A stretch of 64,000 bases of DNA, taken from IMG/VR virus record IMGVR_UViG_3300007514_000005, positions 8,009 to 72,008 of that record, one strand, 5' to 3'. A program made the position numbers and the translations under genes. Below are positions 29,937 through 40,180 of this stretch, one piece after another. Source of the stretch: a virus. How positions within the stretch are numbered: the first letter of the stretch is position 1; each line of letters opens with the position of its first letter. The notes under the pieces were generated by a model. It saw only the letters and a list, made by a program, of their open reading frames with translations. It was not told where the DNA came from and ran no database searches.

Positions 29937-30065
29937 TCAAAACAGGCACGCGCCATCCCCACAACAACCCGCAATTTTGTTCTTGCAATTGAGACATACA
30001 GAAGAACCATGTAATTCCATAAAGCCCCTATCACTTCTACAAATAGGACATATATTCTTAGTCAT
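29937..30065 (-). CDS. Cys-rich Zn-finger peptide (42 aa, not in ORF track)
   Basis: MTKNICPICRSDRGFMELHGSSVCLNCKNKIAGCCGDGACLF*. Confidence 0.6.
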   Translation of the reverse strand: MTKNICPICRSDRGFMELHGSSVCLNCKNKIAGCCGDGACLF

Positions 30066-30077
30066 AGTCACTCGTAT

Positions 30078-31106
30078 TCACCCCCTTAGCGTTCCATCGT
30101 TTCTCCAACATGGCCCTGTGCATAGGTCTCTCGCCTGTAATTTTGCACACGAAGGCACATTCTCATAGTCCATGAGACTGTTAATGTGGAATCTAGTAGT
30201 ATGTGGGTTGTAATCACGCCACCCAAGCGTTGCTATGAAGTCGGCTATCTTGTCGCCTATCTCTTGCTTTTCTTTAACCGTAAGAGAAGAAGGTGGGGCA
30301 AACCATCTAAGGTTATCCGCCATGTGTTGCACGAGAGCAACCCTAACATGGTGTCTTGGGTTCTCGTGCCTCATAGCCTTGTCGAGACAGGGGGGAATAG
30401 GCACTTGGTCTAGTGTTCCTATGTCGCCCTCAAACGGTGTCTGTTCAAAGAAGGCGGGTTTTATGTCGGGGTTAGCCGCAATCCACTTTACAATACTGAA
30501 AGTGGAAGGTCGTATATCACCCCTAAATGGGTCTAAGTGTAGAAGAGACTCCTGTGGTTTTGTTGGTATATCATAACCAAGTGGGTCTTCAAAGAATCTT
30601 ATGCTGTCTATATTAACTGCCCACTTTTTGCGAGCCACATTGTAAGTGTCCGGCACTCTTGTTAATTTCTGAGGGTTGCCTACACCATCGAGAGTCTTAA
30701 GCCCCTTACCCATCTCGTTTTCGTATCTAATTATATGCTTAGCAATGGCGCTACCTTTCACGGGTTTATCGAACATCTCATGCACATGGAATCCTCTACC
30801 CGTAGCGACAACCCTAACATCACCTGTAAGTCTGCTAAGCAATTCCGCCACATCTTTTTTAACCTGTATAATATCGTAATTTTCGGTGGTGTCGAAATCC
30901 CACCAAGCCCTGTCCATAACTACGGAATCAGGGTCAAACTTCCAAGACCGTGTGGGGTGTCTGCGCTCATAGGAATATAGTGAAGTGTAAATAGAAGCCT
31001 TACCGTTAATTCTTGTAATATAATCATCAAATTCATTTCTGCTATCACAAGGGCGGCGGCGTAGCCCAATCTCTCTCGGAAAAGTCAGTAGCATAGTATC
31101 ACTCAA
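30078..31106 (-). CDS. Archaeo-eukaryotic primase, PriS-like catalytic domain fused to PriL-like Fe-S domain
   Basis: WWDFD, TGRGFH and R-VP-x-T-x-N AEP motifs; C-terminal PPC...H-x-x-R...PSC-x-x-L...C-x-x-x-C. Confidence 0.85.
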   Translation of the reverse strand: MSDTMLLTFPREIGLRRRPCDSRNEFDDYITRINGKASIYTSLYSYERRHPTRSWKFDPDSVVMDRAWWDFDTTENYDIIQVKKDVAELLSRLTGDVRVVATGRGFHVHEMFDKPVKGSAIAKHIIRYENEMGKGLKTLDGVGNPQKLTRVPDTYNVARKKWAVNIDSIRFFEDPLGYDIPTKPQESLLHLDPFRGDIRPSTFSIVKWIAANPDIKPAFFEQTPFEGDIGTLDQVPIPPCLDKAMRHENPRHHVRVALVQHMADNLRWFAPPSSLTVKEKQEIGDKIADFIATLGWRDYNPHTTRFHINSLMDYENVPSCAKLQARDLCTGPCWRNDGTLRG

Positions 31107-31287
31107 TTGCTACATCTTGTTGGTGTCCGCAAGCACAACCGCCTACCGTGACTATTTCCGGCTTGTGGCCCTCTTGTCCGGCCACCCTTACTACATCTTC
31201 AAATCCTTCCCAATCGTCATCCTTACCGCAAGCGGCACATATAACGGTGAAAAATACACGGGAGTCTCCTGCTCTACTCATATCCAT
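31099..31287 (-). CDS. Zn-ribbon protein
   Basis: CAAC...CACG. Confidence 0.6.
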   Translation of the reverse strand: MDMSRAGDSRVFFTVICAACGKDDDWEGFEDVVRVAGQEGHKPEIVTVGGCACGHQQDVAIE

Positions 31288-32129
31288 TCCTCAATACTGC
31301 CTGTTAATTCCGCTTCACAATTTAGGTGAAAGTCACACCATACGGGGCAGAAGTATTCGTTCCACACCATGTGGTAATCTTGGAGTTTTAGAGAGTCAAT
31401 AGTGTCGTATAAACCTGCCTCAAAAGCATTAAGAGAGCGAGACAAAACAGGCTCTAACAGCGCATAACCGCCGTCCTGTCCGAGCCACATAGTCTTGCCT
31501 CTCTTCTTGTATTCGTCAAGTAATTTATCCCCTTCCACTATTTCGTAGTCGGGAGTTAGGTATAGGAAGTGTGTTATTTCATCATACCCCAATTGTTTCA
31601 ATAGACGAGCGTAATAGACTAACTCTTTTCTCGTCCTACCTAATTTACCCATATTCATTTTACCTGTTTTCAATTCAACAAGAATAAGACCGCCTTGAGG
31701 GTGTCTTACTACACCGTCTATCATACCTACCCAAATTATCGGTGTTGTTCCGCTATCGGTAGTTAATTCTTCATACACTTGGTGCTTTACTTCTGCCTCT
31801 ACAATGTCTAACTGCCCTAAATCGCTTGCGACAGAATGTAGTAGAGAAGAAAGGTTCTTACAACCCCTATCTTCTTCCATACCTTCGGCAATTAAGTATC
31901 TCTCCATGTCTTCGGGTTCGCCAAGTATCCCGTGCTCCATAGCACTATGAATAATACTACCCCTTATTGCCGCCTCACTTGGGGGCGGTGAAGGAACATC
32001 TGCAACATAGCGCCAATAAAATTGACGCGGACACATCTTGTAAGTCATGTAAGACGACTTACTTACCCGTAGAATCTCTCCGTCCGGTTTATAGGAAGAA
32101 GCGTCTATTTGTTCTTGAGTAGCGCGCAT
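31278..32129 (-). CDS. Cas4/RecB-like PD-(D/E)xK exonuclease
   Basis: S-x-S...CPRQ, G-x-x-x-H, G-x-ID, ELKTG, C-terminal C-x-x-x-C-x-x-x-x-x-C. Confidence 0.85.
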   Translation of the reverse strand: MRATQEQIDASSYKPDGEILRVSKSSYMTYKMCPRQFYWRYVADVPSPPPSEAAIRGSIIHSAMEHGILGEPEDMERYLIAEGMEEDRGCKNLSSLLHSVASDLGQLDIVEAEVKHQVYEELTTDSGTTPIIWVGMIDGVVRHPQGGLILVELKTGKMNMGKLGRTRKELVYYARLLKQLGYDEITHFLYLTPDYEIVEGDKLLDEYKKRGKTMWLGQDGGYALLEPVLSRSLNAFEAGLYDTIDSLKLQDYHMVWNEYFCPVWCDFHLNCEAELTGSIEEWI

Positions 32130-32132
32130 ACA

Positions 32133-32459
32133 TCATTCTTCCTCTTGTCCGTCATCCCACGCCGCAAAATCCTCTATGGTAGTCTGCTCTTCGTGCATAT
32201 CGTGGCCGCACGCGGGGCAAACCAATGCCTTCGGTAGTGCCTTCAATTGAGGCTCAAACAAAACCTGCCCACACTTGGGGCAATTGCTTTCCTTTAGCCT
32301 TCCATCTTCCTGCAACATAGCATACATTATACCATTGACCCTAGCCATATCATTGGACATAGCATTTATCAATTGGTTAATTACATTCTGCATCTCATTG
32401 ACTTGCCTTCCTAATTCTTTCGTAGTAGGCTTACCACTTAGTTTTCTACTTCTCGTCAT
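32133..32459 (-). CDS. Coiled-coil + Zn-ribbon protein
   Basis: CPKC...CPAC; own promoter at 32476-32513. Confidence 0.65.
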   Translation of the reverse strand: MTRSRKLSGKPTTKELGRQVNEMQNVINQLINAMSNDMARVNGIMYAMLQEDGRLKESNCPKCGQVLFEPQLKALPKALVCPACGHDMHEEQTTIEDFAAWDDGQEEE

Positions 32460-32498
32460 TAAACCACCATATCTTCTATTCGCATATAAACCTGCGTA

Positions 32499-34742
32499 TC
32501 AAACCCACGCAAGGTGTCCTAATCCCTGCTGTGCATTCAAAAGCGGTTGAATAGACCACTTCATCAGGTCGTAGTAGGGTTGGACTTTCTTGACTACGAA
32601 TCTTTCACATAGAATATCGTATCCAACATTTACTATGCCGTCTATATCAGACGGCTCATCGAAAGCAATGTATTTTCCTTTATCATCAAGAGTCACCTTG
32701 AAGAATGAACCAATACTATACCCCTTACCTAAATTCTCATTGGCCCACGCCGCTCCCGCGCTTGGGCCGGACAGAACCTTGTAATCACTAATCTTCTTCT
32801 CTAACTTTCCTTTCATACACAATTCCTCTACGGGTGTATTCTTGTTAATTATCCCATCAATTATGGGTATGAGCATATCATTGACTTCCTCTTCTTCTTT
32901 GTTGTCGAGTATCATACCTATGGTCTTACTCATTACCTCTTTCATTATGGGGGGCATCCTTGACTGCTTCATTTCTATACCCTTAATATATAGTGAGGGT
33001 GTTTGCGCTTCACCATCGGCCCATGTGACTCTACCTGCGTATCTATTCTTAGCCATGAGAACCATACTACTACACCACTTCTCAAATTCTACTTCTATGG
33101 GTTTCATTTGAGCGTTAATAGAGGCCATCAATTGCATTCCCTCAAGCGGACTACCTATTTCACAAAACACGCTGTCTGTGTGGCCGTATAGCACCTTACA
33201 GCCCGCTTCCTCAGCCAAGTCCTTGAGCCTACCTAATGTATCCCTTGAAGTGTAGGTAATTGCTGACGCAATCTTGGGGTGGTAAAGACCATATTTGGAA
33301 TCGCCCGCTACCCCATACATAGAAGCAACGAGAGTCTTAGCGGCAAATTGCATGGTATCCCATTTCGCCTTTCTCTCACCATCACTTACAATCATCTTCG
33401 TCTTGAATTCATTACGAAGGTTAGTCATCTTATCCATCTGTCTAACAAGAATACCCTTTTCGTCTTGTGAAAAACAAGTGCCGTTGCCGCAATCCTTTCC
33501 TTCTTCGTCTAGTGTATCCCAAGAAATGTTGTATAGGTCTGCGTTGCTATGATACATTGCTTTAATGTCTAAAATACCCACATTATTGTAAAGCCCCGCC
33601 TCTACTTCCATCACATCTGCTCCCTCATACGGTTGGTAATCAAATTGAGGGTTAGTAGGTATGCGCACCTTGTTATCCTCATCCATTAACACAAGGTTGC
33701 TGAACATCTTGGTAATGAATGGTGTTGAGCGAATGTCGCATTGCACAATGTGTTGTAGAGAAGTAAAGTAATCAAGCGCATTTACTTTAGCGTCTAACTT
33801 TGGTAGTAGTCGCACATCTTGGCGACAATAATGTATGTATAGAGGAAGGTCTGTTAGGTAGGTATCGTGTCCGTCCGGCAATTCTACCTTCTTTTCCTTT
33901 AGGACTTCCCAAGACACATCATCGAGTTTGTATGAAGGTAGTTTTCCGTTCTTCAATTCCCACAGTTTAGAGAAGGCTAACATCAAGTCTATACAATTCC
34001 TACCAACAATGGGTTGCTCCCAATCCTTGTAGGAGTAGTGTAGTCTGCGCATAGGACTCATCATTGTAGGTTGTATGCCTACCGCCCTGCACCTTTCGAC
34101 AATCACCTTAATGTCTGCCCCGACCACATACCATCCGGTAATTATGTCGGGGTCGTGCCTATCCATGTGGCGTAGAAAGTGTGTAAGCATCTCCCTCTCA
34201 GAAGGGAAGCCCATTGCAGGTATCTCGTATTCGTAATCTCCGAATTCGTAATACTGAGTGGTCTCTTCAAGAGCGGAATTAACAAACCAAACATACTCAG
34301 ACTTAGTGAAAGAGTCATACACTACTATAACCCTTAACTTATTGGTTGTTGGACTCCACTCGCAATCTAAATACCAAGTCCTGTGCTCGTATTGCTTGAA
34401 GGGCGTATGCCCATCCTTAATGCGGTCTGTGAGGACTCTATTAACGAAAGGAATGTTCGCTTCCCATGTCTGTATGTTAGGGTAATCCTTTTTGAAATCG
34501 TAAATCTGTTGCGGAACGGCGACTGCTATTTTTGTTAGAGACTCGCCATACACCCCTTCGTAGCCACGCTCTTTGGCTAAACATTGTATCCCTGCGGCAT
34601 CAGAATCTTTGACGAAAAAGTAGGGTCTGTAATTATCTATCTTAGTCTCTATTCTTTCGCCGTCTGAATCTCGGTGTCTTACAATGACTTGTCTGCCTCT
34701 ACTCTTCGTCACTATCATAGTCGCCGCACCACCTATACACAT
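32499..34742 (-). CDS. polB: Family B DNA polymerase
   Basis: Exo I YLDCE; DIKAMYHS, K-x-x-x-x-SMYG, YGHTDS and KNRY polymerase motifs; likely start MIVTK (34718). Confidence 0.95.
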   Translation of the reverse strand: MCIGGAATMIVTKSRGRQVIVRHRDSDGERIETKIDNYRPYFFVKDSDAAGIQCLAKERGYEGVYGESLTKIAVAVPQQIYDFKKDYPNIQTWEANIPFVNRVLTDRIKDGHTPFKQYEHRTWYLDCEWSPTTNKLRVIVVYDSFTKSEYVWFVNSALEETTQYYEFGDYEYEIPAMGFPSEREMLTHFLRHMDRHDPDIITGWYVVGADIKVIVERCRAVGIQPTMMSPMRRLHYSYKDWEQPIVGRNCIDLMLAFSKLWELKNGKLPSYKLDDVSWEVLKEKKVELPDGHDTYLTDLPLYIHYCRQDVRLLPKLDAKVNALDYFTSLQHIVQCDIRSTPFITKMFSNLVLMDEDNKVRIPTNPQFDYQPYEGADVMEVEAGLYNNVGILDIKAMYHSNADLYNISWDTLDEEGKDCGNGTCFSQDEKGILVRQMDKMTNLRNEFKTKMIVSDGERKAKWDTMQFAAKTLVASMYGVAGDSKYGLYHPKIASAITYTSRDTLGRLKDLAEEAGCKVLYGHTDSVFCEIGSPLEGMQLMASINAQMKPIEVEFEKWCSSMVLMAKNRYAGRVTWADGEAQTPSLYIKGIEMKQSRMPPIMKEVMSKTIGMILDNKEEEEVNDMLIPIIDGIINKNTPVEELCMKGKLEKKISDYKVLSGPSAGAAWANENLGKGYSIGSFFKVTLDDKGKYIAFDEPSDIDGIVNVGYDILCERFVVKKVQPYYDLMKWSIQPLLNAQQGLGHLAWV

Positions 34743-35031
34743 AAATTTTGCTTGTTGTTCCCATAAATGACGGACGCTTCTCTTGCCTTCTTACCACCAC
34801 GCTTTTCTTTGCGCTACCTAGATAATGGCTCAGTTTATCGGGCATTGGGCAATGCCTTGACTGTAATAGTGGTCTGTGTGGGTATTTGAGTAGCCTAGTC
34901 TCGTCTATAATTTCCTTAGCGCTCATCCACCTCTCGTCATTATCAATTAGGTGCTTCCTAACGGCGGGCCACCAAGAAGTGCTCCCGCGCATTTTACCTA
35001 TGCGTCTTGACCTTCTACCCATCAATACCAC
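34699..35031 (-). CDS. Basic winged-helix-like protein
   Basis: Basic sequence with WMSAKEII...YVYR pattern. Confidence 0.5.
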   Translation of the reverse strand: MVLMGRRSRRIGKMRGSTSWWPAVRKHLIDNDERWMSAKEIIDETRLLKYPHRPLLQSRHCPMPDKLSHYLGSAKKSVVVRRQEKRPSFMGTTSKIYVYRWCGDYDSDEE

Positions 35032-35317
35032 CTTTCTGACCTCTCGCTCTAGTAGGAATCTCGTGCTTAACTAGCCATTGGTTAATAGCGGCAGGGGTCA
35101 CACCAAATTCGGTTGCTATGTCTTGCATAGTCCTACCCTTACCCAAGTATTCATCCTCTAACCACAGGGGGTCTCGGTAATGCTTAGGCTTGGTCTTATC
35201 TACAAGCGTTAAATTAACGCTGTATTGTGCGTTGGTGGCTGTTGCGCCACCTTCTACACCATGCTCTATCATCATTCTCAATGTTGTAATTACATCTGCT
35301 ATCAAATCTTCATTCAC
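35015..35317 (-). CDS. HTH DNA-binding protein
   Basis: YRD-x-x-WL...Y...TMQDIATEFGVTPAAINQWL-x-KH-x-I. Confidence 0.8.
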   Translation of the reverse strand: MNEDLIADVITTLRMMIEHGVEGGATATNAQYSVNLTLVDKTKPKHYRDPLWLEDEYLGKGRTMQDIATEFGVTPAAINQWLVKHEIPTRARGQKGGIDG

Positions 35318-35326
35318 TTATCTCAC

Positions 35327-36169
35327 CTATTGTATGCTTGCTTGGAAAACAAAATCCCCATCTCCAAAATCGAATAGAAGTTTCCATCCCTGTCCGTGTT
35401 TGGAAAAGTCTAGTAAATTCAAATTTATTTCACGGTTATAATGCGAGAGAAGGTGCTCTAACCCCCCCTCAAATGTGGCCTCAAAGAAATGTGTAGGTTG
35501 TGCATTGGAAATGTAATTACCCGCACTACTGTCTAACACGAGAGACTTGGTTTTGCCCTTGAGCATCTTCCCTGTCTCTACTGCTAAACCACCATCAGTA
35601 GCCGTGAAAACATAACGGTTAATTTTCTGTCCGTTCATGGAATCACACCTAACCGCTTCGTAAAGTGTGACTGCATCTACTTTGAATACAAACGCCGACT
35701 GTATCTTTTCATTCTCACCTTTGTAAGTCCAAATACCCGCACCATCACGAACCAAACGAGAAGCAATGTCCTCAGAAGCCTGACTCCATTCGCTAAGAGT
35801 CTTAGGGTTGTGAGGGTAGGCTAAAGCGTTAGCAGACGCACCAAGCGTAGTCTGTTTGTTAGACGACTTTATGCGTAATTTATCTCCGTCTTGAGTTAAG
35901 GACACAATGTTGGCGTGGTATTTTAACGCACCTAACATCGTATCAATGTCGGTAATATGGAAAGTGCCTTCATCGTTTTTGTTATCCGTGTATGTGGAGA
36001 ACCTACTAACAGAAGTAAGACCGTCTTTCACTAACGAAGTCACGGTAGCCTTACCGTCTGCACACTTAACAATGCAAGACAGCACTTGGTCTTGTGCTTT
36101 GCCGCCAACGGTCTGCGTTCTTTTGACCTTATTTAGTAAGAGGCAAAGGCTTTCATTGCTTATCTTCAT
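35327..36169 (-). CDS. Sliding clamp (PCNA-like, putative)
   Basis: 280 aa with two similar alpha/beta halves, near PolB and RFC; inferred from size, pattern and context. Confidence 0.55.
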   Translation of the reverse strand: MKISNESLCLLLNKVKRTQTVGGKAQDQVLSCIVKCADGKATVTSLVKDGLTSVSRFSTYTDNKNDEGTFHITDIDTMLGALKYHANIVSLTQDGDKLRIKSSNKQTTLGASANALAYPHNPKTLSEWSQASEDIASRLVRDGAGIWTYKGENEKIQSAFVFKVDAVTLYEAVRCDSMNGQKINRYVFTATDGGLAVETGKMLKGKTKSLVLDSSAGNYISNAQPTHFFEATFEGGLEHLLSHYNREINLNLLDFSKHGQGWKLLFDFGDGDFVFQASIQ

Positions 36170-37133
36170 CCTTACTCACCTTCTTCTCTTGAAGGAAAGG
36201 AAGGCCGAACCAATCAACCTTACCATTCTTTACAGACAGAACCGTGTGAGTAGAACCAACATATTCCATGTTGCTTCCTTTCATCTCTTCAATAGTAGCC
36301 TTGACGCACCACTCCCCTTCATTGAGGCTTTTGTCTCCCTTGACTCCTGCGGCCATGTCTGCTTTCTTCATGTATCTACTTAGGAATATCTGCTGAGAGA
36401 ATCGGCGCATAGTGCCTTTCTCCCAATCGGGTCTCTCCCCGACAGTCATTAGAACCTTCTTGCCTGTGCCGTCATCCATATACTGTTGAACGGCCTTCAA
36501 GTGGAAGGTGTTGAAAATCTTAGAGACAGGTAGAGCGTGTAGTCTGTCGAGAACATCTCGGTTCAGACGGTTGCGCTCTCGCCACTCCTTTTGGTTGAAT
36601 GAATCATCTTCATTCTCAATAATACCCTTAGCAAGTAGAGACTGTCGCATAGCAAATTCACACCACTTAAGGAATGTTGAGCCACCATCGAAAACAATAC
36701 CACCCCACGCATCAGGGTCAGCCTCAATATCTTCTGCTAACAAGTTAATGAACCACTTGGTCTTATTCACAAGAGCCATGTGGTCTATTGAATTATCATC
36801 GTGGTAAATGGAATCATCGGACTCATCTAGTAGAGGAATAATACGAATGTTATCATTATCAGGATACACATACTCGACAGTAGAGCCTGCCGAATTATCA
36901 ATATCCAAAATCGCTACCTTCTTTCCTTCCTTAATCTCCTTATCCAAGAGTGAAAGGGCAAGGCCTGTCTTACAAGCATTCTCATGCGCTACAAGAGCCA
37001 TCCTATACTTCTGTGGGGTCTGCTTTGACCCATCCAATAAATTACGGTAGTAATCTCTATCGTAGAGTGTAGTCGGTGCTTGCTCTACTGCTGTCTTCTT
37101 TACGCTAGTCGTCTGTCCTGCTCCCCAAGTCAT
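36153..37133 (-). CDS. RecA/AAA_24 (Sak4-like) ATPase
   Basis: Degenerate Walker A AHENACKT, ILDID, Walker B GIVFDG. Confidence 0.65.
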   Translation of the reverse strand: MTWGAGQTTSVKKTAVEQAPTTLYDRDYYRNLLDGSKQTPQKYRMALVAHENACKTGLALSLLDKEIKEGKKVAILDIDNSAGSTVEYVYPDNDNIRIIPLLDESDDSIYHDDNSIDHMALVNKTKWFINLLAEDIEADPDAWGGIVFDGGSTFLKWCEFAMRQSLLAKGIIENEDDSFNQKEWRERNRLNRDVLDRLHALPVSKIFNTFHLKAVQQYMDDGTGKKVLMTVGERPDWEKGTMRRFSQQIFLSRYMKKADMAAGVKGDKSLNEGEWCVKATIEEMKGSNMEYVGSTHTVLSVKNGKVDWFGLPFLQEKKVSKDEDKQ

Positions 37134-37163
37134 AATTCAATCACCACCTATCCGCATATAAAC

Positions 37164-38663
37164 CTAATCACGCGGCAACGCAACCATAGCATCACTTAGT
37201 AATACTAGGGTCGCAATGGAGACTGCGCTTCGTATGGAATTAACTACCACATCAACGGGGTCTGTAATACCCTGCTCTATCATATTGACCCACTCTCCTG
37301 TCGCCGCATTGAATCCTATATCCTTATCGTGGGAATAGGCATCGTAGCCCGCATTCTCACAAATTAGTCTCATGGGCATAGAAAAGGCCTTGCTAATCAA
37401 AAGGCTCTCACTACTTTGCCCGTAATAATTAGGGAGAACACCACCGCCCGCAATAATCCCATTGCGTTGGGCCGACCTTACGGCATTAACCGCGTCATCA
37501 ATTCTCTCCTTCTTCTCCATCATTTCTACTTCGCTGTTAGCGCCTACCATAATGGAAGCGACACCATTCTCAAGACGGGCTATTCTTCTAGCGTATGTCT
37601 GCTTATCCCAATCGTTGTCTGCTTCCTTCATCTGTTGTTGCAAGTTTTGTGTATGAGACTCTACGGCATTGACCGAGTTTTCTATCACACAGGAGTCTTT
37701 CTTACACACTACTGTATCTAAGTGACCCAAAGGAAAATCCTCAAAATCTATGTTCTTGAGAGTCTTACCTACACTCTTGTCGAGTATTTCACCACCCGTA
37801 ATTGCTTGTATATCCTCAGCCCACGCCTTTTGTGTATCTCCCATACCTGCTAGTTTAACCATAGTAGCATTTATCTTACCTTGAACAACATTTATCAGTA
37901 GGTTAGGAAGGACTGCGGGGTTGTAATCTCCACAGAAAATAACCAAACCTTTGTTCAATTTAAGGCACTCTTCCATCACAGGAATTAGGCTTTCAAATGA
38001 ATTTATTTTATCCGTTGTAATTAGGACACTCGCGTTGTTAATTGAGTCGGGGAAGTAGGGGCTTATTGCTCCTGTCTGTAAATCTAACCCGTCTGTTATC
38101 TCGTAGTAAGTCTCATAACTACTACCATTCTTCAAAGCAATAGCGCCCTCAGAACCAATCTTACTCATTACTTCTGCAATCAATCGTCCTAATTCTGAGT
38201 CGTTGTTGGCCGCAATAGTAGCAACATCAACCAATTCCTCATCATTCTCACACGGTCTTGCGCTTTCTTTAATCTTTGTAATTATGTCTTCGGACTCTTC
38301 CTTCAATTCCTGTGTTATTTCAAGCGGGGAAATGCCGCGCTTGACTAACTCCATGCCTTCGTTGCATAGAGCCTGTGCAATCACAGTAGCAGTAGTCGTT
38401 CCATCACCGGACTTATTTTGAGCCTGTTCTGCAACCTGCTTAATTAGGTCAATACCCATCTGCACATACGGGTCGGGGTCATTAACAGCCCTTGCTATAC
38501 TGACTCCATCATTAAGTATGAGCGGGTAGGAATCTTCCTGCTCTATAATCACAGTCCTTGCGTTAGCGCCTAGTGTGCCTTTGACTGCGTTAGCAACCTT
38601 ATTCACACCTTGTAATAATTTAGCGCGTGCATCCTTACCTGTTAAAAGCGTTTCTTCCACCAT
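37164..38663 (-). CDS. groEL: Group I chaperonin (GroEL-like)
   Basis: AR-x-x-L-x-x-GV-x-x-x-ANAVK-x-TLG, NDGVSIA, GDGTTTA, ATIAAN, E-x-x-EKKERIDDA, GI-x-x-GGG, GI-x-DP. Confidence 0.92.
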   Translation of the reverse strand: MVEETLLTGKDARAKLLQGVNKVANAVKGTLGANARTVIIEQEDSYPLILNDGVSIARAVNDPDPYVQMGIDLIKQVAEQAQNKSGDGTTTATVIAQALCNEGMELVKRGISPLEITQELKEESEDIITKIKESARPCENDEELVDVATIAANNDSELGRLIAEVMSKIGSEGAIALKNGSSYETYYEITDGLDLQTGAISPYFPDSINNASVLITTDKINSFESLIPVMEECLKLNKGLVIFCGDYNPAVLPNLLINVVQGKINATMVKLAGMGDTQKAWAEDIQAITGGEILDKSVGKTLKNIDFEDFPLGHLDTVVCKKDSCVIENSVNAVESHTQNLQQQMKEADNDWDKQTYARRIARLENGVASIMVGANSEVEMMEKKERIDDAVNAVRSAQRNGIIAGGGVLPNYYGQSSESLLISKAFSMPMRLICENAGYDAYSHDKDIGFNAATGEWVNMIEQGITDPVDVVVNSIRSAVSIATLVLLSDAMVALPRD

Positions 38664-38697
38664 GCTGATACTCTCCTTGCAAACATTCTACCTGCTT

Positions 38698-38949
38698 TCA
38701 CACTACCGCCACCAAGTCATATTCTTTCACGGCTATAATTCCGTCTCCTAAGTCAGCGCCCCCATCATAGGAAGCATCAGGAGCAAGCCTAACCTTGTCT
38801 CCTATCGAGAGACGAGTAGTAATCCTATCACCTATGGAAAGAACCTCATAGTCATTCGACTCACCGAGTATGAGACCGCTTGTGGTCTCGTCAGTTTCTT
38901 TAACCCTTGTAAGTAGAATGTGGTGGCCTAATGCTCGCATCAATCCCAC
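38698..38949 (-). CDS. groES: Co-chaperonin GroES-like
   Basis: ALG-x-x-ILL...ETTSGLIL...EVLSIG...IGDKV...E-x-DL-x-AVV; adjacent to groEL. Confidence 0.8.
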   Translation of the reverse strand: MGLMRALGHHILLTRVKETDETTSGLILGESNDYEVLSIGDRITTRLSIGDKVRLAPDASYDGGADLGDGIIAVKEYDLVAVV

Positions 38950-40130
38950 CCGTCACCTTCTACGGTGGCGGGTTCGGCCATAGCCTCTACTTCATCGTAG
39001 GGCCACCATCCATTCACAGACAACCTTTGCTCATCCGTATCGCGGGTTCGCCATGTTTGTCCAATTAGTAGAATCTTTGTTCCAACGGCGAAATCCACAC
39101 GGAATGCGTCAGACGCACCAACATAGACTTCAACGACAGGGGCGGAAGAAGAAATATCCAAGTCAGCACAGACAAGTGTATATCCCCCATTGTCTCTAGG
39201 GTCAATGTGTATTACCTCAGCAGGAACGCTGAGAATCCTATCCCACCACCCATCAGAACCGTTGAAATTATCATAGTATGCGCGTAGGTCATCGAGACTG
39301 CTAAGCAAGTCCTCTCCGTCCAAGTATTCAGCCATCAAACCCATAGGGTCAGACTCAAATATGTTTGCAACACTAGGTGAAAGGGTCACATCAGTCATGT
39401 CTGCCTTCACATAAGCACGCACGCCATCCTTACCTAATCTTAGCGCCATAGTTAGTGGCGTGAAGGTAGGGTATTGAATATCTGCGGCATTGCTTTGTGC
39501 AGTCACCGTCATAGCCTTCCAAGCATCGTTGCTTCCCTCAGCCCTGCCGAAGAAGAGCGAAGTGCGCTCTCTCTCGTTCTGTGGGCGTGGGTTGCCGAAT
39601 TTGAAATTCTTGTCTCCGCTTGGGAAGGTCTCGTTCTTGCTATCCCAAACACAATAGAAGTGTGTAATACCATCCAATTGCATAGCGTTGGAAGGTAATT
39701 CACTTACAGTAGAAGTATCAGAACCGAAGAAGTCCTCACGCGCGTATCTAGTAAATGTTCCATCGGCGTTATCGGTGTAAAGGACAATTGACCCGTTATC
39801 TACGAAGGTCATCCTTACTTCCTCAGAAGCATTCATCAATTGGCTCTTCATCTTGTTGTAGAGAATCTTACCCCACTCCTTTGGGCGTGGAACGCTTACA
39901 AACATTCCTTCCATCTTGGTTGCGCCGGAGCGAGCGAGTCTTGCGTTAGCGTTGCGAATCTTACTACCTGCTACCTTAAGTGCTAGTGCGTAAGCATCCT
40001 CTTCACTCTTACCCGCTTGTATCCATGCTTCGCGCTGTTCCGCGAGCACCGCTTCTGTCTGTGCCTTCAACGAAGCCACATCAGTATTCAATGTCTTGGC
40101 TGTCCTCTCAATTATCTTCTCGTCAATCAT
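38940..40130 (-). CDS. ssDNA-binding protein (OB-fold, RPA-like, putative)
   Basis: Helical N-terminus, beta-rich body, acidic C-terminal tail (VEGDGWD); replication context; own promoter. Confidence 0.5.
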   Translation of the reverse strand: MIDEKIIERTAKTLNTDVASLKAQTEAVLAEQREAWIQAGKSEEDAYALALKVAGSKIRNANARLARSGATKMEGMFVSVPRPKEWGKILYNKMKSQLMNASEEVRMTFVDNGSIVLYTDNADGTFTRYAREDFFGSDTSTVSELPSNAMQLDGITHFYCVWDSKNETFPSGDKNFKFGNPRPQNERERTSLFFGRAEGSNDAWKAMTVTAQSNAADIQYPTFTPLTMALRLGKDGVRAYVKADMTDVTLSPSVANIFESDPMGLMAEYLDGEDLLSSLDDLRAYYDNFNGSDGWWDRILSVPAEVIHIDPRDNGGYTLVCADLDISSSAPVVEVYVGASDAFRVDFAVGTKILLIGQTWRTRDTDEQRLSVNGWWPYDEVEAMAEPATVEGDGWD

Positions 40131-40180
40131 GGTATCTACCTTCTTGTTCTATCCACCGCTTGTTCTATCCGCATATAAAC

